From Macrostomum lignano (lineage: Eukaryota), in the NCBI GenBank assembly GCA_002269645.1, contig NIVC01001948.1, forward strand, positions 241,953 to 305,952: a stretch of 64,000 nucleotides of DNA. The letters run 5' to 3'. Of this stretch, positions 1 to 11,794 are shown piece after piece. Position 1 is the first letter of the stretch, and every line of letters starts with the position of its first letter. The translations under genes were made by a program, and so were the position numbers. The notes under the pieces were generated by a model. The model saw nothing but the letters and a program-made list of their open reading frames with translations, did not search any database and had not been told where the DNA came from.

Positions 1-3000
1 CACGCTGAGCGGAGTCCTGCTTCAGCAGACGTTTGACAGCCTCTTTATCCTCGGGTGGCAGGGTTAGGCCCTTGGGAAATTCCACATCGAATGTGATAAA
101 CAGGGAGCCTTTGACATTGTTATTCTCATAATTTGGCATGCCTTCGTTGGCTTTGCGAAGCATCGCGCCAGGCCAAGTGACTTTCTCGCGTGTGACGCGG
201 ACCTTGTGCCCGTCCAGATGTTCGATGTCCATGGAGAAACCATTCAGAGCGTCTACTAGGGTGATGCTCAGGTTGGTGTACAGGTCGTCGCCGCGGCGTT
301 GGAATCGGGGATGCTTCAGCTGATGGATGCGAAAGCGGAGGTCGCCCGGCTCGCCGTCGATGTGGGGCTCGCCTTCGGCCACGAACGGGTAGATCTGGGG
401 GTGGAGGGTGCGGGATTGGCGCTTGTGTGTGTTGCGGCTTTGACATCATTGCCTGAAATAGTGGGCTATTGCCTAAAATAAAAAACCATTTTTAGTATAT
501 GGACTAGCCATTTAGCCCCCCACGGTGATTATCCAAGAATATAGGGTGATTATCTATAAGTATAAAGTGATTATCCAGGAGTATATGCCCATTGTTTTGA
601 GAAGTACAGTGGATTCTATTAAAAATTTTGGCGAACTCTCTTATAATATTAATTTATTAAGTTGGACATTGGGCGATTTTTAACATAGCTGATAAGTAAA
701 GAGCGATTATTTCGACAATTTACAAGCTTAGGCAAGATTCCATTTATCGAAAGAAGACAAACCTGTCCATCTCTCATTCCAGGCTCAATCTCCAACTCCA
801 GCAGCTTCTCCTCCGGAACTAAGGTGACATTTTCGCACTCGTCGCAGACTTCCTCCTGGGTCATCTGGAACCGGCCCGGCCCCAGTGACCTCGTTCGCAT
901 CTCGTGCCGACAGTTGCAGCGACGCTTGCCCGGGGCCTTCTTCTTCACCGGCTTGTTGCGGACAATCTCCACGAAGTTGCCATTGTACAGCTCCTCCAAG
1001 GTCACGTCGAGGTCGACCACAACGTCGCCGCCTCGGGGAATCTCTCGCTCCTGGTTGCCGCCGCCAGTGTGGAATTGAAACATGTCGCCGAAGAACGACG
1101 AGAACGGGTCGCTGCCGCCCCGCCCAACGCCGTCCTTCAAGCCTTCCTCGCCGTGGGCGTCGTAGATTTTGCGCTTCTCCGGGTCCGACAGCACCTGGGG
1201 AATTACAAATTGGATTAATAGGGAATTACAAATTTGGTTAAATGGGGAATTACAAATTAGTTTAAATGGGGAATTACAATTCCGATAAAAGGGGCATTAG
1301 AAATTGGATAAATAAGGATTCAAATAATTGAATAATTGGGGAATTACAAATTGGACAAATTGGACATATTGTATTATGGGAATTATAAAGTAGACAAAAA
1401 AGGAATTACCAATTTAATAAAAGGAATTAAAAATTGGATAAACAGGGAATGAAAAGTTGGTAAAAGGATAATTATAAATGGTATTAAAGAAAAATACAAA
1501 ATGGATGAAATTGAAATTACAAAGTGGTAATTTAAAACTGAAATTCAAAAGCTAATTCAAAACAGTAGTTCACCATTTCCAGAAAAACACAACTCATTAC
1601 CTCATAAGCAGCATTCAGATCGCGGAACCTCTCCTCAGCTTTGGGATCGTCCCGATTGCGATCCGGGTGCAGCTGTTTAGCCAGGCCTCGGTAGGCCTTC
1701 TTCACCTGGTTAACAGTGGCCGCCCGTTGCACCCCAAGGATCTTGTAGAAGTCGCGACTGTTAAGGGGTGAAGTTTAATGCAAGTTAAACTTTTTTGCTT
1801 TGGGGTTTTTCAAGTATCAGAATTACAGGGGGATAAATAGTGACCAGTAGAACTCTTGTCTAAACAGATTGTCAATTGACTTCTCAACCAATTACACAAA
1901 GCCAGCTACCATGCTCTCTAGTTTAATGGCATTCATTTCAAGGGCCAATAGAATGTTTTCATGAATCTAACTCCTTGAGCTGCTGGCTTTATTATTCTTG
2001 GATCATGGATCAAAGTGACATTTACCAAACTAGACTGCTTCATATTGAGTATCTGAGTAACATAGTCAATTTGACAAAGGACCAAATAGCCAGAAGGATG
2101 GAGCATAACATTCTATGCTTTTTAATGCAATACTGGTCAAATAAGCTTGCTCATATTTAGCCAAATATATTTCTATTTTAGATATTTTAACTTAATATAA
2201 AATTAAAATCCTAATACATCAAATAAGTATAAATATAAAACTTGCCTTGATTAGTTAATTTATTATATCCAGATTTCAAAATACTTGAGAAAATATATAA
2301 CCAAGTTGCCTTGCTAAACAATTTAGTCCTAATAATTATGTATTATGAGTTTTATGATAAAACAAACTTTATAATTTAGGTTAGTGACAATTTTATTTGA
2401 CAAGCAATGGGGCAGGACTGTTAGCTAAATAGTAGAAAGCTTATTTGACTGGTGCCAGCTAAAGAAGCACTGCCAATGCATTAACCTTGCTTTATTTATA
2501 ATGAATCTAATTTGACAATAGATCAAATTGTCAACTAGTATTTTGTTAATTGGGGAGCCATTGCCCTTAGGTCACTTCATTAACTGGCCAATCAATAGAC
2601 TTCTAAATGTGGTCACTTTGTCAATTACCATTTGTGACACTTTAAATTGGTAGTTACTTTGTCAATTGTGTTTGGGGCATAACTAAGGAAAGGACACTAG
2701 GAACATGTCCAAGAGGTGGACTTTTTACTGCCTTTGCATCTTTGCTTCTATTGCTAACACTGAATAGATTGATGTCTCTGTCCCCCTAATATAAATCCTA
2801 GCTATATATTTGACTATGCATTATATACATATACTAGGATAGAATTTATCCCAAAAACAAAAATCCAATTCTGTATAGAGAGTAAATAAAATAAATGCAT
2901 ATGTAGAACTTCATTTTTCTTTGGCCTTAAATATGTTTGAATTTTCTAAATTATTTAAATTTAAATTTAAACTTTAAATTCAAAATTGAATTCCAACAAA

Positions 3001-5135
3001 ATAAAAAGGATACTTTAAAAGGAATAATGAATAATGATAAATAATTAGCCAATTAATAACTGAATTAGTGATGGATCCGAATATTTGGATTCAGATTCCG
3101 AATCCGAAAAAAAGTCTCACTTTTTTAGAAATCCAAATGTTTCGGATTCGGAAATTTTATTTTCCGAATATCCGAATATGCTTCTGAATATGAAAAAAGC
3201 AAACAACCAAAAACAAAATTATGCTAACGTAAAAGAAATACAACTTTCTAAAAGAAAGTCAGTTAAAAAACGATCAACGCAAAATTTAACGTAATATTGC
3301 TCGTTTTTACAATTGTCTGTTTTGCAATAACGTATATTATTAAAAAGTGTTAATAAGTAAAGTCACTTTACATTGGAACCTTTGAGGCATTCAACCTAAA
3401 GTTGCAGAAACATTTAATCGCAGTAATCATTGTTTAAGTGTAATCATCACTTTTTTTCAAAATGCAAATTAATGTGCATGGACTTTACGTGCACACAGTA
3501 AAGTTATCAAATTGCACAAACGTTATGTCAGTTAGTATTAGTATTTGGAATTAGTTAGATTAGATATATAAGAATTGAGTTCAATTCTAAGTTTAATTCA
3601 ATTCAAATACTAGATAGAAATAGTATAAGCCCGAGATTAGATTGAATCTTGTCAGTAAATTAATGTACAGCGCTAATACGATTATTAATTAGATGATGAG
3701 GCATTTTTTGTCATTTAAAGGTGTCATAGTTACTCCCGCCATGTACCTTTTACTTTTTTCTACATTTGGAAACACATTTGGATATTCGGATTTGGATTCG
3801 GAATTTTTTTGTACATTTGGATTCGGTTTCGGAAACTTGCAAAAATCTACATTCGGTCCATCACTAAATTGAATAAAATCATGACTAAAGACCTTTATAC
3901 AGAGCTCAATTTTCCAAACACATTTGGTACCAAAGTAATTACCATACTCCAGATCATGTAGTATATGCTCGAAAATTTGGGTATGCATTGGCCTTGCATG
4001 CCAAAAGTAGGCATGCACAATTGGTGTGCATCAATCCTAAATAATAGTATGCCTGCATACCTGGCATATATTTCATAGAATCATGCGAGTTATTGTGAAA
4101 TAGAAAAAAAGATAAAAATAGGTTCAGTTTAAGCGTAAAGTTCAAGCATTCTAGGTTTTTAAGCTTGTAATAAAGCATTTAAACAAATATTTGCATGTAT
4201 TAATTTTCTACTATAAACAGTATCATTGAAAAAGCAGAAAAATAAACCTAATTATTTTCTAAACAAGGTTCATAACGCAATTTAAATAAGGTCACTTATT
4301 TATAATTATTGTCACAATGTAAAAAGGTCATTTATTGTCACGACATAAAAAAGGTCATTAATTGTTGCAACACTGTCATAGTTTTGAGAAATGGGCATAC
4401 ACTCAATTTTTGGTATGCATTTGTATTTATTTTTTGGGGTGTGTATGTGCACCCAGTATGATCCAGACTATAGAGTAATTATAGTAGGCTTTAATTAAAA
4501 ACTTTGTCAATTGCTAGGCCCCTACTAATTTAGCCAAATATTTAGTTCATCAACTGCAAATATTGCTACCCTTATATCAAATAATCACTTTGTCAACTAT
4601 TTGAGGCTAGCATCCTAATATGCTTGTACAATATGCAAATTTTTAAATGAAATCATATAACTTTTTTGTAATTGCTAAAAACCTACACATTTAATTATAA
4701 ACCCTTTAAGTTATATAGGTTTACTAGAGATATGCTCAAAAGTGTGCAAGTTTTTGTCAATACACCAGGAATGCATCTAGGATTTTGTGCAAAATTATAT
4801 CCTAGGCCCTAAGTCCTAACCCTTAAATCTAAGCCAAATCTAAGGCATTAATTAAGCAAGTGGCTATCAATAAAATATCTTGTCACAAAAATGACTGTAA
4901 TCCAAAACTTAAGCAAGACATTTAGACAAATTGCCTATAGAAGTATAGGGCCAGATCTTTAGTAGGGGGCCTACCGCCTAGGCCCTCCTGTCCTGAGGCC
5001 TCCTTCCATATGGCATACATGTGATACATTTAGAAAGTAAAAAAGAAAAAAATGCTAAACATCTTACCCAGCAAAGCCATAATCAGCTAGAAGTACAAGA
5101 ACAATAATGACAATAATATTAATATTCACGCGCAT
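1..5135 (-). CDS. DNAJB11: DnaJ homolog subfamily B member 11 (ERdj3), 3'-partial; exons 5068-5135, 1601-1757, 763-1194, <1-394
   Basis: Exon 1 encodes a signal peptide ([23 protein letters not shown]) and splices GG|T into [10 protein letters not shown]-domain with HPD (AKQLHPDRN), Cys-rich linker (CNCRHEM..CDECENV), C-terminal [25 protein letters not shown]. All introns are GT-AG with consistent phases (2,0,0). Confidence 0.96.
1198..1530. repeat. Degenerate ~20-24 bp tandem repeat (GGGAATTACAAATTGGATAA-like) in DNAJB11 intron 2
   Basis: Repeated ggaattacaaatt words visible through the intron. Confidence 0.7.
3066..3866. mobile_element. Non-autonomous hAT-type DNA transposon (MITE) in DNAJB11 intron 1
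   Basis: TIRs TAGTGATGGA(T)CCGAAT ... ATTCGGTCCATCACTA; flanks AACTGAAT / AATTGAAT (8-bp TSD, 1 mismatch); subterminal GGATTCGG/CCGAAT repeats; no transposase ORF. Confidence 0.85.
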
Positions 5136-5364
5136 TGTTTTGTAAACTGAAGGTATAGAGTCTAGATTTTACTTTGTTTATGAGCTACAGAGCTGGGTCT
5201 AGCCAATCGAAGTCTAAATGAATTCGCTATAGATTTAACCTATTGTCATTGATATTTTATATTAATAAATTATAATTTTAGTGACTTTTTTCTAATTCTT
5301 ATCCTAAACTATTTGTTATTAGCTTTAACAACGGCTATTGACTAAGACATCAACTACCACTTCG

Positions 5365-5373
5365 TGACGTGTC
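5365..5373. promoter_or_regulatory. TGACGTGTC, UPRE/XBP1/CRE-like motif upstream of DNAJB11
   Basis: Motif ~230 bp upstream of the ATG of an ER chaperone that is a known UPR target; function is inferred only. Confidence 0.35.
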
Positions 5374-5463
5374 AATTCAGCTCGTTAACTTCGCAGTGAA
5401 AATTGACTATTATCTGAAAATAGCATTTAAACTACCGCGAAGTGCGCCAGATCAAGATAAGTA

Positions 5464-8224
5464 GGGTCTGTATAAAAGCAGGGCACCATTGGCACATTGG
5501 ACACCCCTTATGTTAACAAAAATCGAGTTTTGATCGTTGTTTTGCTTGAATAAATATACTTTGGCTTTCGAATAAAAATGTAAATATTTATTTATAATTG
5601 CACTTTTTCATATACTTCTAACAACCATGAGATTGGTAGTATCAACAAGTTTTATTCTACATTTAAATTCATTTCTTATCTTGCTTTATTGTCGAACTAC
5701 TTTCGGTACGTCATTTTCATTTACCTAGTTGGTGCACTTACAGAAAACATAGAAACATTAAATGCCGTTTCTTGTCCTCAATAAACGTTGGAAAAAGTGA
5801 GCAGCAGACTAGTTGCAGAATTTTATTGCCGGACATGGCATATTTGACTATTTGCAGCTGCTCTGGCTTGTTTACTGCCTTTCCATAAATCAACAGCAAT
5901 GGTGAAAGTGAATCTAATCCTTCTCTCTCTCTCTCTCCCATAATGTTAATGTTTGATTTGCTGTTAATATGGATTTTTAAAATCCCCCGTGTCTTAAATA
6001 AAAAAACGAATAATTTTTTAAGTTGTGATTTCCATCAAAATGCAATTAATTAATGTTTTAAAAACATTTAAACTCAATAAATTATTTATTCTCTTATCAA
6101 ATAGAATCCAACTCTAGAATCTTTTTCAAGGAAGGAATACTAACTATCCTTAATATTCAATATGCATGATAATAAAGCAGTGCATTACTTTTTCAATTTA
6201 GAGAATCTAACAAGGAAATAAATATAATTTAGTACAGTACCATTGTAAGCAAAAAACCATAAGTTTACAGGTACAATTTTTTGTAAAGATAGATACAGCG
6301 GAAAATTAAAATTTGACAAAAGAATACCACAAACACTAAAAATGGGGAGAAAAGGTATTACAAACATTGGCATTAATAAAAAAGTAATAAATATTGCAGC
6401 TGAGCAAATGAAATTAGCAATTAAACAATGCAATGAGTTAAATGATAAATAACAAAGAAATGCTAAATAACATCTAGCAATGTATATTAAAGCAATTGAA
6501 GTGCACTCTGAGTTGAAAGGCTTACAACTCATAAAGTACAGTTTAAATGCAATGTAACTTTTTATTTATTTGTAACTTTATAATAATAGAAATCATTACC
6601 ATAAGCAATTGTATGAAAAGTTGCTATTAATAGTCTTATGTACTTTATCTCTACTCTAAGAGCTAACTTTCTATAAATATATATGATTCCTTGTATAAAA
6701 TTAGGGATTCTTTAAAAAATTCATGCTGTAATATGCATATATCACACTCTTGACCCAAGAAAATTATTGAAAGTGGTCAACCAATTAGCACAAAAAAAAT
6801 ATAGACGGCTGTAATGGTGCAAGTGGTGTTTCGGCACACCACTTAAATTAAAGTTGAAATTTTTGGAGCAGTTACACTAAAGAAAATTATTATTTTATAA
6901 AATTAAGAGAGGCTAATAAAATTAGTAGGGCTTGAATTGAATAATATGCTGTGAAGACTCAAACTTGTAAGCCAAGAAGGCTAGAATTAGGGTTAGCAAT
7001 TAGGCAATTAGGCGAACTATAGACATTAAGGAATGTGTAGGTATTAAATAAATAAATCATGCAGGTGCTAATAGTAGCTTAAAACCTATCACTTGGTCCC
7101 TTAGAATGCCATAATTTTGGACATTAGAATTAAAATATAGTGTTTTACTGATTGGGAACTTGTTCTTATTGAAAAACTTCTTATAAATATAGAAATATTA
7201 ATATAAACAATACGAATAAATTTGCCTATTAAAACTTTGTGGCATTTGTAGGATTTTAGAAGAAGGAAGTATACCCTGCAACATACGTGCAGAATATTTA
7301 TGTGCTAAAGGATTTAGGTCTGAAATAAATGACAATAAATGTTATGTGAAGATGGTTTATATGTTGTTTTTTCAAAGCGTCACATATAAACTTTCAGTAA
7401 AAAGACTTCTTGGTCTGTGAGGTAGATTTTTTACTTATATGCTTGCATTTTTTAACTCATAATTTAAATGATTAGCACAATTTCTTAAATATCATGACTT
7501 GGCAAATTATTCATAATAATGTTTTCTTAAAAGGATTGTATATAAAGAAGAGACTGTAATTTGAACTTTCACTGAGTAGCTATTCCTTTTTTTGTTGGTT
7601 GAAATCATACAAAAAGTAATTGAACTAATAAAAGAAGAAGCTTGGAAATTATTAATTTAATCATCATCTTACAAAGTAAAAAAAACTTTTTGGGTGCAAT
7701 TTTTTCATCAAATAATCTGCCAATGTATTAACTTTTTTAATATAGAAATACTTGCAATTTGGAATATCCAAAGTTCGTTCTTCATGAAGTAATCCTAACA
7801 AAATAAGTTGTGGTTTTTTGATAAGAGCAGAATGCTTCATCATTTTATGGAAAATTGAGTTCTGACTATTAGTTTGATCATTTCATATATCAGGCATATT
7901 TAGCATTAAATCGGTACGCCTGTAGTACAGAACCTTCGGGGTAGTAAAATCACAGTGTAATAGCATTGCAAGCTGCAGTTTTTGCATGTGCGATTATTTT
8001 AAAAAATCGAATGCCAAATTAAACATGTACAAAAAACGATAATACAAAGAATATTTAACAAATGATCTATCACGAAAGCAAGGATGTCATTTCTATTATT
8101 ATCAATTTTTTAAATTATTTAAAAGTATCTCCGCAAGTTTATTCTGCATTTTCATATCTAATTTTGTTATAAAAAGGGGTGTCCAATGTGTCCAATGTGC
8201 CAGTGCCAGCTTTTATACACACCC
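5464..8224. mobile_element. Mutator-like (MULE) non-autonomous or decayed DNA transposon
   Basis: Imperfect TIRs GGGTCTGTATAAAAGC..GGCACATTGGACACCCC / GGGGTGTCCAATGTG..GCTTTTATACACACCC; perfect 10-bp direct repeat AAGATAAGTA at 5454-5463 and 8225-8234; AT-rich interior without an intact ORF. Confidence 0.8.
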
Positions 8225-9363
8225 AAGATAAGTACAACAAATATAAACACCTTAGTCTTTAAACTAAATAACTGACTAAGCTTTAAAAAAATTTACGGAC
8301 ACACGAAAGAAAACTAATAGATTTGATGGATTTTTATGACAATAGGTAATGGCGCCGTTTTAATTAACACGATAAACGCCGCGGCATGAGGTTCAGTCAA
8401 CGTTTCGTTTCAACTCTCGACAATGCCCTTGTAAAAGTTTAGGCTCATTTGTGAATTAAATTTTGCCTACCAATGTTTAAAATGTACAACGGATGAATCA
8501 GATTTTTTAAACGCTGCCTAAGGGCGATTTGTACTCTTTTTATTATGTTTCAAATACATTCGCAACTTTTGAAAATGTGAACAAATTAGCATGCATGTAG
8601 ATGCTCTAAAATTTAAGTTTAGCTGATGATTTTATTTAGCTTTTCAAATAATTTTTTTCATTAAATGCACTTTCTTTTTTAATATAGAATCATAAATATA
8701 TAATAGATAACTATTAACGGACGAGTTAATACTAAATATTTTTGTATTTTTATTTTACGTTATTTATTAAAAGTTAAAAGTTAAAAAGCACTTCTAGTGA
8801 TCCTTGGTAAATATGTCCATAAAATAACTATGCAAAATGCTTGAATCGGCAAATTAACAATTTTACTAATTTACAATTAACAGAATTTTAAGTTCATTGT
8901 TGGTATAATAATGGTGCCCATTGTACAAATATTTTCTTTGAAGACGTCCATCGTTCGTACTTTAAGAATTTTGGAATTGTTATGCATATAACAGCTAGTT
9001 TTAAAATTTGCCTACAATTGTTTTACCACTGTCAGCTCGTAATGTAAGCAAAAACACGTCCACACAAAATATTTTCCAGTAATATTTTTATGATAAAGAG
9101 AAGCTAGGGTGCATCAAAGTACATGTATTAAAATTTAAGTAAGTTTTAAATGAGCTATATTACAGTGCTAGTTTTCATTTTTTCGTCTCTTCTTTTCTGG
9201 TGTACTTTATAGCGAATACTCGTATGAAGCGAAAAATTTGTAGATATAGTTACCGATTATATATGATAATTAAACCCAACATACTCTTACCTGGAATTGA
9301 CTTGGAGAAGAAATAGATTAGCTACTAAAAACTAACAGAAAACGAAAAATTTCTTCTCAGGCG

Positions 9364-10101
9364 ATGCGATTCGAAGGCAAGAGATTCCTCATCACTGGCT
9401 GCAACCGGGGCATCGGCCGCGATCTCGCCATTTCGTTGGCCAAGCAAGGCGCCGAAGTGGTCGCCTTGTGCCGTTCCGGCCTGTCCGATCTACCGGCGGC
9501 TTGCCCCGACCCGGAAGCCCGAGCTCGCCTGCGCCCCGTGCAGTGCGACCTGAACGATTGGTCGGCCACGCGAAGCCTCGTCCTGAGCCTTGGTCGATTC
9601 GATGGTGTTGTTAACAATGCAGGCGTTTCCAAAAATGAGGCAGTCGGTTCCATCACTGAGGAAAATTTGCAAAACTTGTTTCGCGTCAATCTATTCGCCG
9701 CGATCAATGTCGGCCAGACGGCCGCCGAGTCGATGCAGAGCGGCGCCAGCATAGTGAACATCTCATCGCAGGCCAGCTTCATGGCGCTGCCAGGCCATAC
9801 GGCCTACGCGGCTTCGAAAGCGGCGCTGGACTCGGTAACTCGCAGTTTTGCTTCCGAGCTGGGCAAACGCGGCATTCGATGCAACTCTGTCAACCCTGGC
9901 GTGGTAATGACGGACATGAGCCGGGCTTATTGGTCAAATCCGCAGGTTGGCGAGCCCATGCTCGCCAGGGCGCCGCTTGGCCGATTTGCCGAGGTACCCG
10001 AAGTTGTTTCCGTTGTTGAATTCCTACTGAGCGACGAAGCCAGCATGGTTAATGGCGTGGTGCTACCAGTAGAGGGCGGAGTTTCTGTTAACCAGCTCTG
10101 A
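9364..10101 (+). CDS. DCXR: L-xylulose reductase / dicarbonyl reductase (SDR family), intronless CDS, 245 aa
   Basis: TGCNRGIG cofactor motif, NNAG, YAASK catalytic motif, NSVNPGVVMTDM..WSNP..PLGRFAEV..LPVEGG matching the DCXR C-terminus. Confidence 0.88.
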   Translation: MRFEGKRFLITGCNRGIGRDLAISLAKQGAEVVALCRSGLSDLPAACPDPEARARLRPVQCDLNDWSATRSLVLSLGRFDGVVNNAGVSKNEAVGSITEENLQNLFRVNLFAAINVGQTAAESMQSGASIVNISSQASFMALPGHTAYAASKAALDSVTRSFASELGKRGIRCNSVNPGVVMTDMSRAYWSNPQVGEPMLARAPLGRFAEVPEVVSVVEFLLSDEASMVNGVVLPVEGGVSVNQL

Positions 10102-11229
10102 TTTATGCTAACTATTACCTAAATTTACTAGTGGTAAAACGTCAGTACTATATAGTATAATTACCGAAACAGTTTTCTTGTGACTGACTGAGCGACTTGC
10201 GTCAGATCGACGTGCAACCTTTTAGTAGAAATTAACGTCCTTAGTTGATCTCTCTCATGCACTACTTGGGGCTCAAATGACTGGATTCCGTATTACTGGG
10301 ATTACTGGCTTAGCTAGAAAATCAATTAGCTACTTTTGATTGATAGTTTCGTAAGAATCATGAATGTTTCGTGTGCTACAACTCCTAATTTCTAAGTTCT
10401 TCTTGTTTGCCAATTCGAAACGAGTCACGCTTCCACTGCATTAATTGTTGATCAGGGAATCGCAATAAATTTCTTCCAAAAACAGCCTATAAAAAAACAC
10501 AAAAATATTTACGGTGACTTGAATTGTAGTTTTTGCTTTTCGGGGGGGGGGGCGATTTCTCAAGATCTGAATTTCACAATGTTTAAAAGATTTAGATGCC
10601 TTTAAAGTTGTTTAATCCCAGCTATACAAGGGTTTTAAAAATCTGTATCCTCTCTAATGGCATCTCAGGATGAGAGCAGCATTCATTTGGTTGATATAAT
10701 TTTATGGACTGCAAGGCTATATCTAACTCGTGCTGTATTAGCTATAGCGTACCTTAGAACGACATGTATAAAGAAAGATATGGCAAATTTGTTAACAAGC
10801 GTTTCGTTATATCGTTTAGCTACATTATGTAAGCGAACTGGTTCAGAGCCTTAAGAGCCTGACCTAGGAATACTTCTACTATCTCACATATTATCTACTA
10901 CTACGAATCAAGATTGTAACTATTTTATATTAATTTGGACTTGCTGCACAGATTAGGACTTTCAGTGCAATTTGGTCTGTTTGTGCAATTACGAGTATAG
11001 CTACTCGGGCTCCAATTGTGCGATAGTGGCTCCTGATAGTGCGTGCGGCTTGGGAGTGCTTGCCAATTCTATTCCTGCAGCAGGGAATGCATGGTTTTGT
11101 TGCATAGCTGAATAATAGAATAGACAAATATAGATAAATTAATCATTAGTTTTTACTTCATTAGTCAAAGGCAAAGCATTCGAACTAAAAGCCTCTACCA
11201 AATGACATGAAGAGGATGACATTTAAATT

Positions 11230-11740
11230 TCAATTGAGCACTCCAGCAGGGTCTGCGATCGCCTTCGAATTGCCTTCGGTAGCAGCCGCGGCGGCCAAGC
11301 CGGCCCTGCGACTCATCTCCTCAATCGAGTAGGTGCTCGTCAGCTCGTTGTAGAGCTCATCCAGCCCAACTTCCTGGTCAGTGGCTTCGCCTTGGCTTTC
11401 GCTGGAGTCACCTCTGCCCAATGAGTTTGCTTTCGATTTCGCTGCCGCCTTGGCTACCGCAACTGCGGTGGTGGCGACGGCTGCACCGGCGGACGTCTTG
11501 CCGGCTTTCAGTGCGGTTCGACCCGGTGCAGCTGCGGCAGACGTTGTCGAGTTCGCAGCCATTGCCAGCGGAGTTAAGGAGCGCCGCCTGGGTGGCTCCG
11601 GCTGTTGCTGCTGCTTGGGCGTCAGTCTGCCGGCTGGAGTCTGCCGACTAGCTGTCGGATTCGGCGTCCGGGCCTGTCGGTTTGGCGACGTCCGGCTGCT
11701 GCTGCCGCGGGCGTCGGTCTTGGACAGAGGCTTCAGTCGG

Positions 11741-11794
<54 letters not shown>

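Noticed and set aside
395-454. Alternative DNAJB11 acceptor at ~454
   Set aside because: Homology resumes exactly at IYPFVAEG after the CCCCCAG acceptor at 394; the upstream sequence adds nothing homologous.
5628-5784. Signal-peptide-like mini exon inside the MULE (MRLVVSTSFILHL..G|GTACGT)
   Set aside because: The nearest acceptor gives a 37-nt intron and a stop after 13 codons; AT-rich sequence produces hydrophobic peptides by chance.
6821-6844. Hairpin AAGTGGTGT-TTCGGC-ACACCACTT as a terminator or structured RNA
   Set aside because: It is an isolated 9-bp stem inside a transposon with no supporting context.
9364-10101. Horizontal transfer of the intronless SDR gene
   Set aside because: The sequence resembles animal DCXR throughout, and RPL13 and RPL36 are also intronless in the CDS here.
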